Shown piece by piece: positions 37,901 through 52,900 of a stretch of 64,000 bases of DNA. A program made the translations under genes and the position numbers. The stretch's first letter is position 1, and every line of letters starts with the position of its first letter. The DNA comes from Eledone cirrhosa. Taxonomy: Eukaryota. The stretch is taken from contig CAXHJY010000489.1 of assembly GCA_964016885.1 (NCBI GenBank), forward strand, positions 1 through 64,000, written 5' to 3'. The notes under the pieces are model-generated. The model saw only the letters and a program-made list of their open reading frames with translations. It was not told the origin of the DNA and made no database searches.

Positions 37901-40900
37901 TGTTTTAGTGTTAGTGTCTGTGTTAGCGTTTGCGTTAATGTCTGTGTTAGTGACTGTTAGCGTTTGCATTAGTTTTAGTGTTAGTGTCTGTCTTAGCGTT
38001 TGCGTTAGCGTTAGTGTCTGTGTTAGCGTTTGCATTAGTTTTAGTGTTAGTGTCTGTGTTAGCGTTTGCATTAGTTTTATTGTTAGTGTCTGTGTTAGCG
38101 TTTGCATTAGTTTTATTGTTAGCGTTTGCATTAGTTTTAGTATTGGTGTCTGTGTTACTGTATGCATTAGTTTTAGTGTTAGTGTCTGTGTTAACGTTTG
38201 CATTAGTTTTATTGTTCGTGTCTGCGTTTGCGTGAGCGTTTGCATTAGTTTTAGTGTTAGTGTCAGTGTTAGCGTTTGCATTAGTTTTAGTGTCTGTGTT
38301 AGCGTTTGCGTTAGTATCTGTGTTAGTGTCTGTGTTAGCGTTTGCATTAGTTTTAGTGTTAGTGTCTGTGTTAGCGTTTGCATTAGTTTTAGTGTCTGTG
38401 TTAGCGTTTTCATTTGTTTTAGTGTTAGTGTCTGTGTTAGCGTTTGCAATAGTTTTAGTGTCTGTGTTAGCGTTTGCATTAGTTTTAGTGTTAGTGTCTG
38501 TGTTAGTGTTTGCTTTAGTTTTAGTGTTAGTGTCTCTGTTAGCATTTACGATAATTTTAGTGTTAGTGTTTGTATTAGCGTTTGCATTAGTTTTACTGTT
38601 AGTGTCTGTTAGCGTTTGCATTAGTTTTAGTGTTAGTGTCTGTGTTAGCGTTTGCGTTAGCGTTAGTGTCTGTGTTAGCGTTTGCGTTAGCGTTAGTGTC
38701 TGTGTTAGCGTTTGCATTAGTTTTAGTGTTATTGTCTGTGTTAGCGTTTGCGTTAGTGTCTGTGTGAGTGTGTGTGTTAGCGTTTGCATTAATTTAAGTG
38801 TTAGTGTCTGTGTTAGCATTAGCGTTAATTTTAGTGTTAGTGTCTGTGTTAGCGTTTGCATTAGTTTTAATGTTAGTGTCTGAGTTAGCGTTTGCATTAG
38901 TTTTAGGGCTAGGGTCTGTGTTAGCGTTTGCATTAGTTTTATTGTTCGTGTCTGTGTTAGCGTTTGCATTAGTTTTAATGTTAGTGCCTGAGTTAGCGTT
39001 TGCATTAGTTTAGTGCTATTGTCTGTGTTAGCAATGGCATTAGTTTTATTGTTAGTGTCTGTGTTAGCATTTGCATTAGTTTTATTGTTCGTGTCTGCGT
39101 TTGCGTTAGCTTTTGCATTAGTTTTAGTGTTATTGTCTGTGTTAGCGTTTGCATTAGTTTTAGTGTCTGTGTTAGCGTTTTCATTAGTTTTAGTGTTAGT
39201 GTCTGTGTTAGCGGTTGTGTTAGTGTCTGTGTTAGTGTCTGTGTTAGTGTCTGTGTTCGCGTTTGCATTAGTTTTAGTGTTAGTGTCTGTGTTAGCGTTT
39301 GCATTAGTTTTAGTGCTAGTGTCTCTGTTAGCGTTTGCATTAGTTTTAGTGTTATTGTCCGTGTTAGCATTTCCATTAGTTTTATTGTTAGTGTCTGTGT
39401 TAGCGTTTGCATTAGTTTTAGTGTTAGTGTCTGTGTTAGCGTTTGCATTAGTTTTAGTGTTAGTGTGTGTTAGCGTTTGCATTAGTTTTAGTGTTAGTGT
39501 CTGTGTTAGAGTTTGCATTAGTTTTAGTGTTATTGTCTGTGTTAGCATTTCCATTAGTTTTATTGTTAGTGTCTGTGTTAGCGTTTGCATTAGTTTTAGT
39601 GTTAGTGTCTGTGTTAGCGTTTGCATTAATTTTAGTGTTAGTGTCTGTGTTAGCATTTGCGTTAATTTTAGTGTTAGTGTCTGTGTTAGCGTTTGTATTA
39701 GTTTTAATGTTAGTGTCTGAGTTACGTTTGCATTAGTTTTAGGGCTAGTGTCTGTGTTAGCGTTTGCATTAGTTTTATTGTTCGTGTCTGTGTTAGCGTT
39801 TGCATTAGTTTTAGTGTTAGTGTCTGTGTTAGCGTTTGCATTAGTTTTAATGTTAGTGTCTGAGTTAGCGTTTGCATTAGTTTTATTGTTAGTGTCTGTG
39901 TTAGCATTTGCATTAGTTTTATTGTTAGTGTCTGCGTTTGCGTTAGCTTTTGCATTAGTTTTAGTGTTATTGTCTGTGTTAGCGTTTGCATTAGTTTTAG
40001 TGTCTGTGTTAGCGTTTTCATTAGTTTTAGTGTTAGTGTCTGTGTTAGCGTTTGCGTTAGTGTCTGTGTTAGTGTCTGTGTTAGTGTCTGTGTTAGTGTC
40101 TGTGTTCGCGTTTGCATTTGTTTTAGTGTTAGTGTCTGTGTTAGTGTCTGTGTTATCGTTTGCATTAGTTTTAGTGCTAGTGTCTCTGTTAGCGTTTGCA
40201 TTAGTTTTAGTGTTATTGTCCGAGTTAGCATTTCCATTAGTTTTATTGTTAGTGTCTGTGTTAGCGTTTGCATTAGTTTTAGTGTTAGCGTTTGCGTTAA
40301 TGTCTGTGTTAGTGACTGTGTTAGCGTTTGCATTAGTTTTAGTGTTAGTGTCTGTCTTAGCGTTTGCGTTAGCGTTAGTGTCTGTGTTAGCGTTTGCATT
40401 AGTTTTAGTGTTAGTGTCTGTGTTAGCGTTTGCATTAGTTTTATTGTTAGTGTCTGTGTTAGCGTTTGCATTAGTTTTAGTGTTAGCGTTTGCATTAGTT
40501 TTAGTGTTAGCGTTTGCATTAGTTTTAGTGTTGGTGTCTGTGTTACTGTTTGCATTAGTTTTAGTGTTAGTGTCTGTGTTAGCATTTGCATTAGTTTTAG
40601 TGTTCGTGTCTGAGTTAACGTTTGCATTAGTTTTATTGTTCGTGTCTGCGTTTGCGTGAGCGTTTGCATTAGTTTTAGTGTTAGTGTCAGTGTTAGCGTT
40701 TGCATTAGTTTTAGTGTCTGTGTTAGCGTTTGCGTTAGTATCTGTGTTAGTGTCTGTGTTAGCGTTTGCATTAGTTTTAGTGTTAGTGTCTCTGTTAGCA
40801 TTTACGATAATTTTAGTGTTAGTGTTTGTATTAGCGTTTGCATTAGTTTTACTGTTAGTGTCTCTGTTAGCGTTTGCATTAGTTTTAGTGTTAGTGTCTG

Positions 40901-43900
40901 TGTTAGCGTTTGCGTTAGCGTTAGTGTCTGTGTTAGCGTTTTCATTTGTTTTAGTGTTAGTGTCTGTGTTAGTGTTTGCTTTAGTTTTAGTGTTAGTGTC
41001 TCTGTTAGCATTTACGATAATTTTAGTGTTAGTGTTTGTATTAGCGTTTGCATTAGTTTTACTGTTAGTGTCTCTGTTAGCGTTTGCATTAGTTTTAGTG
41101 TTAGTGTCTGTGTTAGCGTTTGCGTTAGCGTTAGTGTCTGTGTTAGCGTTTGCATTAGTTTTAGTGTTAGTGTCTGTGTTAGTGTTTGCTTTAGTTTTAG
41201 TGTTAGTGTCTCTGTTAGCATTTACGATAATTTTAGTGTTAGTGTTTTTATTAGCGTTTGCATTAGTTTTACTGTTAGTGTCTCTGTTAGCGTTTGCATT
41301 AGTTTTAGTGTTAGTGTCTGTGTTAGCGTTTGCGTTAGCGTTAGTGTCTGTGTTAGCGTTTGCATTAGTTTTAGTGTTATTGTCTGTGTTAGCGTTTGCG
41401 TTAGTGTCTGTGTGAGTGTGTGTGTTAGCGTTTGCATTAATTTAAGTGTTAGTGTCTGTGTTAGCATTTGCGTTAATTTTAGTGTTAGTGTCTGTGTTAG
41501 CGTTTGCATTAGTTTTAATGTTAGTGTCGGAGTTAGCGTTTGCATTAGTTTTAGGGCTAGGGTCTGTGTTAGCGTTTGCATTAGTTTTATTGTTCGTGTC
41601 TGTGTTAGCGTTTGCATTAGTTTTAGTGTTAGTGTCTGTGTTAGCGTTTGCATTAGTTTTAATGTTAGTGCCTGAGTTAGCGTTTGCATTAGTTTAGTGC
41701 TATTGTCTGTGTTAGCAATGGCATTAGTTTTATTGTTAGCATTTGCATTAGTTTTATTGTTCGTGTCTGCGTTTGCGTTAGCTTTCGCATTAGTTTTAGT
41801 GTTATTGTCTGTGTTAGCGTTTGCATTAGTTTTAGTGTCTGTGTTAGCGTTTTCATTAGTTTTAGTGTTAGTGTCTGTGTTAGCGGTTGTGTTAGTGTCT
41901 GTGTTAGTGTCTGTGTTAGTGTCTGTGTTCGCGTTTGCATTAGTTTTAGTGTTAGTGTCTGTGTTAGCGTTTGCATTAGTTTTAGTGTTAGTGTCTGTGT
42001 TAGTGTCTGTGTTAGCGTTTGCATTAGTTTTAGTGCTAGTGTCTCTGTTAGCGTTTGCATTAGTTTTAGTGTTATTGTCCGTGTTAGCATTTCCATTAGT
42101 TTTAGTGTTATTGTCTGTGTTATCATTTCCATTAGTTTTATTGTTAGTGTCTGTGTTAGCGTTTGCATTAGTTTTAGTGTTAGTGTCTGTGTTAGCATTT
42201 GCGTTAATTTTAGTGTTAGTGTCTGTGTTAGCGTTTGCATTAGTTTTAATGTTAGTGTCTGAGTTACGTTTGCATTAGTTTTAGGGCTAGTGTCTGTGTT
42301 AGCGTTTGCATTAGTTTTATTGTTCGTGTCTGTGTTAGCGTTTGCATTAGTTTTAGTGTTAGTGTCTGTGCTAGCGTTTGCATTAGTTTTAATGTTAGTG
42401 TCTGAGTTAGCGTTTGCATTAGTTTTATTGTTAGTGTCTGTGTTAGCATTTGCATTAGTTTTATTGTTAGTGTCTGCGTTTGCGTTAGCTTTTGCATTAG
42501 TTTTAGTGTTATTGTCTGTGTTAGCGTTTGCATTAGTTTTAGTGTCTGTGTTAGCGTTTTCATTAGTTTTAGTGTTACTGTCTGTGTTAGCCTTTGCGTT
42601 AGTGTCTGTGTTAGTGTCTGTGTTAGTGTCTGTGTTCGCATTTGCATTAGTTTTAGTGTTAGCGTTTGCATTAGTTTTAGTGTTGGTGTCTGTGATAGCG
42701 TTTGCATTAGTTTTATTGTTCGTGTCTGCGTTTGCGTCAGCGTTTGCATTAGTTTTAGTGTTAGTGTCTGTGTTACTGTTTGCATTAGTTTTAGTGTTAG
42801 TGTCTGTGTTAGCATTTGCATTAGTTTTAGTGTTCGTGTCTGAGTTAACGTTTGCATTAGTTTTATTGTTCGTGTCTGCGGTTGCGTCAGCGTTTGCATT
42901 AGTTTTAGTGTCTGTGTTAGCGTTTTCATTTGTTTTAGTGTTAGTGTCTGTGTTAGCGTTTGCGTTAATGTCTGTGTTAGTGACTGTTAGCGTTTGCATT
43001 AGTTTTAGTGTTAGTGTCTGTCTTAGCGTTTGCGTTAGCGTTAGTGTCTGTGTTAGCGTTTGCATTAGTTTTAGTGTTAGTGTCTGTGTTAGCGTTTGCA
43101 TTAGTTTTATTGTTAGTGTCTGTGTTAGCGTTTGCATTAGTTTTATTGTTAGCGTTTGCATTAGTTTTAGTATTGGTGTCTGTGTTACTGTATGCATTAG
43201 TTTTAGTGTTAGTGTCTGTGTTAACGTTTGCATTAGTTTTATTGTTCGTGTCTGCGTTTGCGTGAGCGTTTGCATTAGTTTTAGTGTTAGTGTCTGTGTT
43301 AGCGTTTGCATTAGTTTTAGTGTCTGTGTTAGCGTTTTCATTTGTTTTAGTGTTAGTGTCTGTGTTAGCGTTTGCAATAGTTTTAGTGTCTGTGTTAGCG
43401 TTTGCATTAGTTTTAGTGTTAGTGTCTGTGTTAGTGTTTGCTTTAGTTTTAGTGTTAGTGTCTCTGTTAGCATTTACGATAATTTTAGTGTTAGTGTTTG
43501 TATTAGCGTTTGCATTAGTTTTACTGTTAGTGTCTGTTAGCGTTTGCATTAGTTTTAGTGTTAGTGTCTGTGTTAGCGTTTGCGTTAGCGTTAGTGTCTG
43601 TGTTAGCGTTTGCGTTAGCGTTAGTGTCTGTGTTAGCGTTTGCATTAGTTTTAGTGTTATTGTCTGTGTTAGCGTTTGCGTTAGTGTCTGTGTGAGTGTG
43701 TGTGTTAGCGTTTGCATTAATTTAAGTGTTAGTGTCTGTGTTAGCATTTGCGTTAATTTTAGTGTTAGTGTCTGTGTTAGCGTTTGCATTAGTTTTAATG
43801 TTAGTGTCTGAGTTAGCGTTTGCATTAGTTTTAGGGCTAGGGTCTGTGTTAGCGTTTGCATTAGTTTTATTGTTCGTGTCTGTGTTAGCGTTTGCATTAG

Positions 43901-46900
43901 TTTTAATGTTAGTGCCTGAGTTAGCGTTTGCATTAGTTTAGTGCTATTGTCTGTGTTAGCAATGGCATTAGTTTTATTGTTAGTGTCTGTGTTAGCATTT
44001 GCATTAGTTTTATTGTTCGTGTCTGCGTTTGCGTTAGCTTTTGCATTAGTTTTAGTGTTATTGTCTGTGTTAGCGTTTGCATTAGTTTTAGTGTCTGTGT
44101 TAGCGTTTTCATTAGTTTTAGTGTTAGTGTCTGTGTTAGCGGTTGTGTTAGTGTCTGTGTTAGTGTCTGTGTTAGTGTCTGTGTTCGCGTTTGCATTAGT
44201 TTTAGTGTTAGTGTCTGTGTTAGCGTTTGCATTAGTTTTAGTGCTAGTGTCTCTGTTAGCGTTTGCATTAGTTTTAGTGTTATTGTCCGTGTTAGCATTT
44301 CCATTAGTTTTATTGTTAGTGTCTGTGTTAGCGTTTGCATTAGTTTTAGTGTTAGTGTCTGTGTTAGCGTTTGCATTAGTTTTAGTGTTAGTGTGTGTTA
44401 GCGTTTGCATTAGTTTTAGTGTTAGTGTCTGTGTTAGCGTTTGCATTAGTTTTAGTGTTATTGTCTGTGTTAGCATTTCCATTAGTTTTATTGTTAGTGT
44501 CTGTGTTAGCGTTTGCATTAGTTTTAGTGTTAGTGTCTGTGTTAGCGTTTGCATTAATTTTAGTGTTAGTGTCTGTGTTAGCATTTGCGTTAATTTTAGT
44601 GTTAGTGTCTGTGTTAGCGTTTGCATTAGTTTTAATGTTAGTGTCTGAGTTACGTTTGCATTAGTTTTAGGGCTAGTGTCTGTGTTAGCGTTTGCATTAC
44701 TTTTATTGTTCGTGTCTGTGTTAGCGTTTGCATTAGTTTTAGTGTTAGTGTCTGTGTTAGCGTTTGCATTAGTTTTAATGTTAGTGTCTGAGTTAGCGTT
44801 TGCATTAGTTTTATTGTTAGTGTCTGTGTTAGCATTTGCATTAGTTTTATTGTTAGTGTCTGCGTTTGCGTTAGCTTTTGCATTAGTTTTAGTGTTATTG
44901 TCTGTGTTAGCGTTTGCATTAGTTTTAGTGTCTGTGTTAGCGTTTTCATTAGTTTTAGTGTTAGTGTCTGTGTTAGCGTTTGCGTTAGTGTCTGTGTTAG
45001 TGTCTGTGTTAGTGTCTGTGTTAGTGTCTGTGTTCGCGTTTGCATTTGTTTTAGTGTTAGTGTCTGTGTTAGTGTCTGTGTTATCGTTTGCATTAGTTTT
45101 AGTGCTAGTGTCTCTGTTAGCGTTTGCATTAGTTTTAGTGTTATTGTCCGAGTTAGCATTTCCATTAGTTTTATTGTTAGTGTCTGTGTTAGCGTTTGCA
45201 TTAGTTTTAGTGTTAGCGTTTGCGTTAATGTCTGTGTTAGTGACTGTGTTAGCGCTTGCATTAGTTTTAGTGTTAGTGTCTGTCTTAGCGTTTGCGTTAG
45301 CGTTAGTGTCTGTGTTAGCGTTTGCATTAGTTTTAGTGTTAGTGTCTGTGTTAGCGTTTGCATTAGTTTTATTGTTAGTGTCTGTGTTAGCGTTTGCATT
45401 AGTTTTAGTGTTAGCGTTTGCATTAGTTTTAGTGTTAGCGTTTGCATTAGTTTTAGTGTTGGTGTCTGTGTTACTGTTTGCATTAGTTTTAGTGTTAGTG
45501 TCTGTGTTAGCATTTGCATTAGTTTTAGTGTTCGTGTCTGAGTTAACGTTTGCATTAGTTTTATTGTTCGTGTCTGCGTTTGCGTGAGCGTTTGCATTAG
45601 TTTTAGTGTTAGTGTCAGTGTTAGCGTTTGCATTAGTTTTAGTGTCTGTGTTAGCGTTTGCGTTAGTATCTGTGTTAGTGTCTGTGTTAGCGTTTGCATT
45701 AGTTTTAGTGTTAGTGTCTCTGTTAGCATTTACGATAATTTTAGTGTTAGTGTTTGTATTAGCGTTTGCATTAGTTTTACTGTTAGTGTCTCTGTTAGCG
45801 TTTGCATTAGTTTTAGTGTTAGTGTCTGTGTTAGCGTTTGCGTTAGCGTTAGTGTCTGTGTTAGCGTTTTCATTTGTTTTAGTGTTAGTGTCTGTGTTAG
45901 TGTTTGCTTTAGTTTTAGTGTTAGTGTCTCTGTTAGCATTTACGATAATTTTAGTGTTAGTGTTTGTATTAGCGTTTGCATTAGTTTTACTGTTAGTGTC
46001 TCTGTTAGCGTTTGCATTAGTTTTAGTGTTAGTGTCTGTGTTAGCGTTTGCGTTAGCGTTAGTGTCTGTGTTAGCGTTTGCATTAGTTTTAGTGTTAGTG
46101 TCTGTGTTAGTGTTTGCTTTAGTTTTAGTGTTAGTGTCTCTGTTAGCATTTACGATAATTTTAGTGTTAGTGTTTTTATTAGCGTTTGCATTAGTTTTAC
46201 TGTTACTGTCTCTGTTAGCGTTTGCATTAGTTTTAGTGTTAGTGTCTGTGTTAGCGTTTGCGTTAGCGTTAGTGTCTGTGTTAGCGTTTGCATTAGTTTT
46301 AGTGTTATTGTCTGTGTTAGCGTTTGCGTTAGTGTCTGTGTGAGTGTGTGTGTTAGCGTTTGCATTAATTTAAGTGTTAGTGTCTGTGTTAGCATTTGCG
46401 TTAATTTTAGTGTTAGTGTCTGTGTTAGCGTTTGCATTAGTTTTAATGTTAGTGTCGGAGTTAGCGTTTGCATTAGTTTTAGGGCTAGGGTCTGTGTTAG
46501 CGTTTGCATTAGTTTTATTGTTCGTGTCTGTGTTAGCGTTTGCATTAGTTTTAGTGTTAGTGTCTGTGTTAGCGTTTGCATTAGTTTTAATGTTAGTGCC
46601 TGAGTTAGCGTTTGCATTAGTTTAGTGCTATTGTCTGTGTTAGCAATGGCATTAGTTTTATTGTTAGCATTTGCATTAGTTTTATTGTTCGTGTCTGCGT
46701 TTGCGTTAGCTTTTGCATTAGTTTTAGTGTTATTGTCTGTGTTAGCGTTTGCATTAGTTTTAGTGTCTGTGTTAGCGTTTTCATTAGTTTTAGTGTTAGT
46801 GTCTGTGTTAGCGGTTGTGTTAGTGTCTGTGTTAGTGTCTGTGTTAGTGTCTGTGTTCGCGTTTGCATTAGTTTTAGTGTTAGTGTCTGTGTTAGCGTTT

Positions 46901-49900
46901 GCATTAGTTTTAGTGTTAGTGTCTGTGTTAGTGTCTGTGTTAGCGTTTGCATTAGTTTTAGTGCTAGTGTCTCTGTTAGCGTTTGCATTAGTTTTAGTGT
47001 TATTGTCCGTGTTAGCATTTCCATTAGTTTTAGTGTTATTGTCTGTGTTATCATTTCCATTAGTTTTATTGTTAGTGTCTGTGTTAGCGTTTGCATTAGT
47101 TTTAGTGTTAGTGTCTGTGTTAGCATTTGCGTTAATTTTAGTGTTAGTGTCTGTGTTAGCGTTTGCATTAGTTTTAATGTTAGTGTCTGAGTTACGTTTG
47201 CATTAGTTTTAGGGCTAGTGTCTGTGTTAGCGTTTGCATTAGTTTTATTGTTCGTGTCTGTGTTAGCGTTTGCATTAGTTTTAGTGTTAGTGTCTGTGCT
47301 AGCGTTTGCATTAGTTTTAATGTTAGTGTCTGAGTTAGCGTTTGCATTAGTTTTATTGTTAGTGTCTGTGTTAGCATTTGCATTAGTTTTATTGTTAGTG
47401 TCTGCGTTTGCGTTAGCTTTTGCATTAGTTTTAGTGTTATTGTCTGTGTTAGCGTTTGCATTAGTTTTAGTGTCTGTGTTAGCGTTTTCATTAGTTTTAG
47501 TGTTACTGTCTGTGTTAGCGTTTGCGTTAGTGTCTGTGTTAGTGTCTGTGTTAGTGTCTGTGTTCGCGTTTGCATTAGTTTTAGTGTTGGTGTCTGTGAT
47601 AGCGTTTGCATTAGTTTTATTGTTCGTGTCTGCGTTTGCGTCAGCGTTTGCATTAGTTTTAGTGTTAGTGTCTGTGTTACTGTTTGCATTAGTTTTAGTG
47701 TTAGTGTCTGTGTTAGCATTTGCATTAGTTTTAGTGTTCGTGTCTGAGTTAACGTTTGCATTAGTTTTATTGTTCGTGTCTGCGGTTGCGTCAGCGTTTG
47801 CATTAGTTTTAGTGTCTGTGTTAGCGTTTTCATTTGTTTTAGTGTTAGTGTCTGTGTTAGCGTTTGCGTTAATGTCTGTGTTAGTGACTGTTAGCGTTTG
47901 CATTAGTTTTAGTGTTAGTGTCTGTCTTAGCGTTTGCGTTAGCGTTAGTGTCTGTGTTAGCGTTTGCATTAGTTTTAGTGTTAGTGTCTGTGTTAGCGTT
48001 TGCATTAGTTTTATTGTTAGTGTCTGTGTTAGCGTTTGCATTAGTTTTATTGTTAGCGTTTGCATTAGTTTTAGTATTGGTGTCTGTGTTACTGTATGCA
48101 TTAGTTTTAGTGTTAGTGTCTGTGTTAACGTTTGCATTAGTTTTATTGTTCGTGTCTGCGTTTGCGTGAGCGTTTGCATTAGTTTTAGTGTTAGTGTCAG
48201 TGTTAGCGTTTGCATTAGTTTTAGTGTCTGTGTTAGCGTTTGCGTTAGTATCTGTGTTAGTGTCTGTGTTAGCGTTTGCATTAGTTTTAGTGTTAGTGTC
48301 TGTGTTAGCGTTTGCATTAGTTTTAGTGTCTGTGTTAGCGTTTTCATTTGTTTTAGTGTTAGTGTCTGTGTTAGCGTTTGCAATAGTTTTAGTGTCTGTG
48401 TTAGCGTTTGCATTAGTTTTAGTGTTAGTGTCTGTGTTAGTGTTTGCTTTAGTTTTAGTGTTAGTGTCTCTGTTAGCATTTACGATAATTTTAGTGTTAG
48501 TGTTTGTATTAGCGTTTGCATTAGTTTTACTGTTAGTGTCTGTTAGCGTTTGCATTAGTTTTAGTGTTAGTGTCTGTGTTAGCGTTTGCGTTAGCGTTAG
48601 TGTCTGTGTTAGCGTTTGCGTTAGCGTTAGTGTCTGTGTTAGCGTTTGCATTAGTTTTAGTGTTATTGTCTGTGTTAGCGTTTGCGTTAGTGTCTGTGTG
48701 AGTGTGTGTGTTAGCGTTTGCATTAATTTAAGTGTTAGTGTCTGTGTTAGCATTTGCGTTAATTTTAGTGTTAGTGTCTGTGTTAGCGTTTGCATTAGTT
48801 TTAATGTTAGTGTCTGAGTTAGCGTTTGCATTAGTTTTAGGGCTAGGGTCTGTGTTAGCGTTTGCATTAGTTTTATTGTTCGTGTCTGTGTTAGCGTTTG
48901 CATTAGTTTTAATGTTAGTGCCTGAGTTAGCGTTTGCATTAGTTTAGTGCTATTGTCTGTGTTAGCAATGGCATTAGTTTTATTGTTAGTGTCTGTGTTA
49001 GCATTTGCATTAGTTTTATTGTTCGTGTCTGCGTTTGCGTTAGCTTTTGCATTAGTTTTAGTGTTATTGTCTGTGTTAGCGTTTGCATTAGTTTTAGTGT
49101 CTGTGTTAGCGTTTTCATTAGTTTTAGTGTTAGTGTCTGTGTTAGCGGTTGTGTTAGTGTCTGTGTTAGTGTCTGTGTTAGTGTCTGTGTTCGCGTTTGC
49201 ATTAGTTTTAGTGTTAGTGTCTGTGTTAGCGTTTGCATTAGTTTTAGTGCTAGTGTCTCTGTTAGCGTTTGCATTAGTTTTAGTGTTATTGTCCGTGTTA
49301 GCATTTCCATTAGTTTTATTGTTAGTGTCTGTGTTAGCGTTTGCATTAGTTTTAGTGTTAGTGTCTGTGTTAGCGTTTGCATTAGTTTTAGTGTTAGTGT
49401 GTGTTAGCGTTTGCATTAGTTTTAGTGTTAGTGTCTGTGTTAGAGTTTGCATTAGTTTTAGTGTTATTGTCTGTGTTAGCATTTCCATTAGTTTTATTGT
49501 TAGTGTCTGTGTTAGCGTTTGCATTAGTTTTAGTGTTAGTGTCTGTGTTAGCGTTTGCATTAATTTTAGTGTTAGTGTCTGTGTTAGCATTTGCGTTAAT
49601 TTTAGTGTTAGTGTCTGTGTTAGCGTTTGTATTAGTTTTAATGTTAGTGTCTGAGTTACGTTTGCATTAGTTTTAGGGCTAGTGTCTGTGTTAGCGTTTG
49701 CATTAGTTTTATTGTTCGTGTCTGTGTTAGCGTTTGCATTAGTTTTAGTGTTAGTGTCTGTGTTAGCGTTTGCATTAGTTTTAATGTTAGTGTCTGAGTT
49801 AGCGTTTGCATTAGTTTTATTGTTAGTGTCTGTGTTAGCATTTGCATTAGTTTTATTGTTAGTGTCTGCGTTTGCGTTAGCTTTTGCATTAGTTTTAGTG

Positions 49901-52900
49901 TTATTGTCTGTGTTAGCGTTTGCATTAGTTTTAGTGTCTGTGTTAGCGTTTTCATTAGTTTTAGTGTTAGTGTCTGTGTTAGCGTTTGCGTTAGTGTCTG
50001 TGTTAGTGTCTGTGTTAGTGTCTGTGTTAGTGTCTGTGTTCGCGTTTGCATTTGTTTTAGTGTTAGTGTCTGTGTTAGTGTCTGTGTTATCGTTTGCATT
50101 AGTTTTAGTGCTAGTGTCTCTGTTAGCGTTTGCATTAGTTTTAGTGTTATTGTCCGAGTTAGCATTTCCATTAGTTTTATTGTTAGTGTCTGTGTTAGCG
50201 TTTGCATTAGTTTTAGTGTTAGCGTTTGCGTTAATGTCTGTGTTAGTGACTGTGTTAGCGTTTGCATTAGTTTTAGTGTTAGTGTCTGTCTTAGCGTTTG
50301 CGTTAGCGTTAGTGTCTGTGTTAGCGTTTGCATTAGTTTTAGTGTTAGTGTCTGTGTTAGCGTTTGCATTAGTTTTATTGTTAGTGTCTGTGTTAGCGTT
50401 TGCATTAGTTTTAGTGTTAGCGTTTGCATTAGTTTTAGTGTTAGCGTTTGCATTAGTTTTAGTGTTGGTGTCTGTGTTACTGTTTGCATTAGTTTTAGTG
50501 TTAGTGTCTGTGTTAGCATTTGCATTAGTTTTAGTGTTCGTGTCTGAGTTAACGTTTGCATTAGTTTTATTGTTCGTGTCTGCGTTTGCGTGAGCGTTTG
50601 CATTAGTTTTAGTGTTAGTGTCAGTGTTAGCGTTTGCATTAGTTTTAGTGTCTGTGTTAGCGTTTGCGTTAGTATCTGTGTTAGTGTCTGTGTTAGCGTT
50701 TGCATTAGTTTTAGTGTTAGTGTCTCTGTTAGCATTTACGATAATTTTAGTGTTAGTGTTTGTATTAGCGTTTGCATTAGTTTTACTGTTAGTGTCTCTG
50801 TTAGCGTTTGCATTAGTTTTAGTGTTAGTGTCTGTGTTAGCGTTTGCGTTAGCGTTAGTGTCTGTGTTAGCGTTTTCATTTGTTTTAGTGTTAGTGTCTG
50901 TGTTAGTGTTTGCTTTAGTTTTAGTGTTAGTGTCTCTGTTAGCATTTACGATAATTTTAATGTTAGTGTTTGTATTAGCGTTTGCATTAGTTTTACTGTT
51001 AGTGTCTCTGTTAGCGTTTGCATTAGTTTTAGTGTTAGTGTCTGTGTTAGCGTTTGCGTTAGCGTTAGTGTCTGTGTTAGCGTTTGCATTAGTTTTAGTG
51101 TTAGTGTCTGTGTTAGTGTTTGCTTTAGTTTTAGTGTTAGTGTCTCTGTTAGCATTTACGATAATTTTAGTGTTAGTGTTTTTATTAGCGTTTGCATTAG
51201 TTTTACTGTTAGTGTCTCTGTTAGCGTTTGCATTAGTTTTAGTGTTAGTGTCTGTGTTAGCGTTTGCGTTAGCGTTAGTGTCTGTGTTAGCGTTTGCATT
51301 AGTTTTAGTGTTATTGTCTGTGTTAGCGTTTGCGTTAGTGTCTGTGTGAGTGTGTGTGTTAGCGTTTGCATTAATTTAAGTGTTAGTGTCTGTGTTAGCA
51401 TTTGCGTTAATTTTAGTGTTAGTGTCTGTGTTAGCGTTTGCATTAGTTTTAATGTTAGTGTCGGAGTTAGCGTTTGCATTAGTTTTAGGGCTAGGGTCTG
51501 TGTTAGCGTTTGCATTAGTTTTATTGTTCGTGTCTGTGTTAGCGTTTGCATTAGTTTTAGTGTTAGTGTCTGTGTTAGCGTTTGCATTAGTTTTAATGTT
51601 AGTGCCTGAGTTAGCGTTTGCATTAGTTTAGTGCTATTGTCTGTGTTAGCAATGGCATTAGTTTTATTGTTAGCATTTGCATTAGTTTTATTGTTCGTGT
51701 CTGCGTTTGCGTTAGCTTTTGCATTAGTTTTAGTGTTATTGTCTGTGTTAGCGTTTGCATTAGTTTTAGTGTCTGTGTTAGCGTTTTCATTAGTTTTAGT
51801 GTTAGTGTCTGTGTTAGCGGTTGTGTTAGTGTCTGTGTTAGTGTCTGTGTTAGTGTCTGTGTTCGCGTTTGCATTAGTTTTAGTGTTAGTGTCTGTGTTA
51901 GCGTTTGCATTAGTTTTAGTGTTAGTGTCTGTGTTAGTGTCTGTGTTAGCGTTTGCATTAGTTTTAGTGCTAGTGTCTCTGTTAGCGTTTGCATTAGTTT
52001 TAGTGTTATTGTCCGTGTTAGCATTTCCATTAGTTTTAGTGTTATTGTCTGTGTTATCATTTCCATTAGTTTTATTGTTAGTGTCTGTGTTAGCGTTTGC
52101 ATTAGTTTTAGTGTTAGTGTCTGTGTTAGCATTTGCGTTAATTTTAGTGTTAGTGTCTGTGTTAGCGTTTGCATTAGTTTTAATGTTAGTGTCTGAGTTA
52201 CGTTTGCATTAGTTTTAGGGCTAGTGTCTGTGTTAGCGTTTGCATTAGTTTTATTGTTCGTGTCTGTGTTAGCGTTTGCATTAGTTTTAGTGTTAGTGTC
52301 TGTGCTAGCGTTTGCATTAGTTTTAATGTTAGTGTCTGAGTTAGCGTTTGCATTAGATTTATTGTTAGTGTCTGTGTTAGCATTAGTTTTATTGTTAGTT
52401 TCTGCGTTTGCGTTAGCTTTTGCATTAGTTTTAGTGTTATTGTCTGTGTTAGCGTTTGCATTAGTTTTAGTGTCTGTGTTAGCGTTTTCATTAGTTTTAG
52501 TGTTACTGTCTGTGTTAGCGTTTGCGTTAGTGTCTGTGTTAGTGTCTGTGTTAGTGTCTGTGTTCGCGTTTGCATTTGTTTTAGTGTTAGTGTCTGTGTT
52601 AGTGTCTGTGTTAGTGTCTGTGTTAGCGTTTGCATTAGTTTTAGTGCTAGTGTCTCTGTTAGCGTTTGCATTAGTTTTAGTGTTATTGTCCGTGTTAGCA
52701 TTTCCATTAGTTTTATTGCTAGTGTCTGTGTTAGCGTTTGCATTAGTTTTAGTGTTAGTGTCTGTGTTAGCGTTTGCATTAGTTTTAGTGTTAGTGTGTG
52801 TTAGCGTATGCATTAGTTTTAGTGTTAGTGTCTGTGTTAGCGTTTGCATTAGTTTTAGTGTTAGTGTCTGAGTTAGCGTTTGAATTAGTTTTAGTGTTAT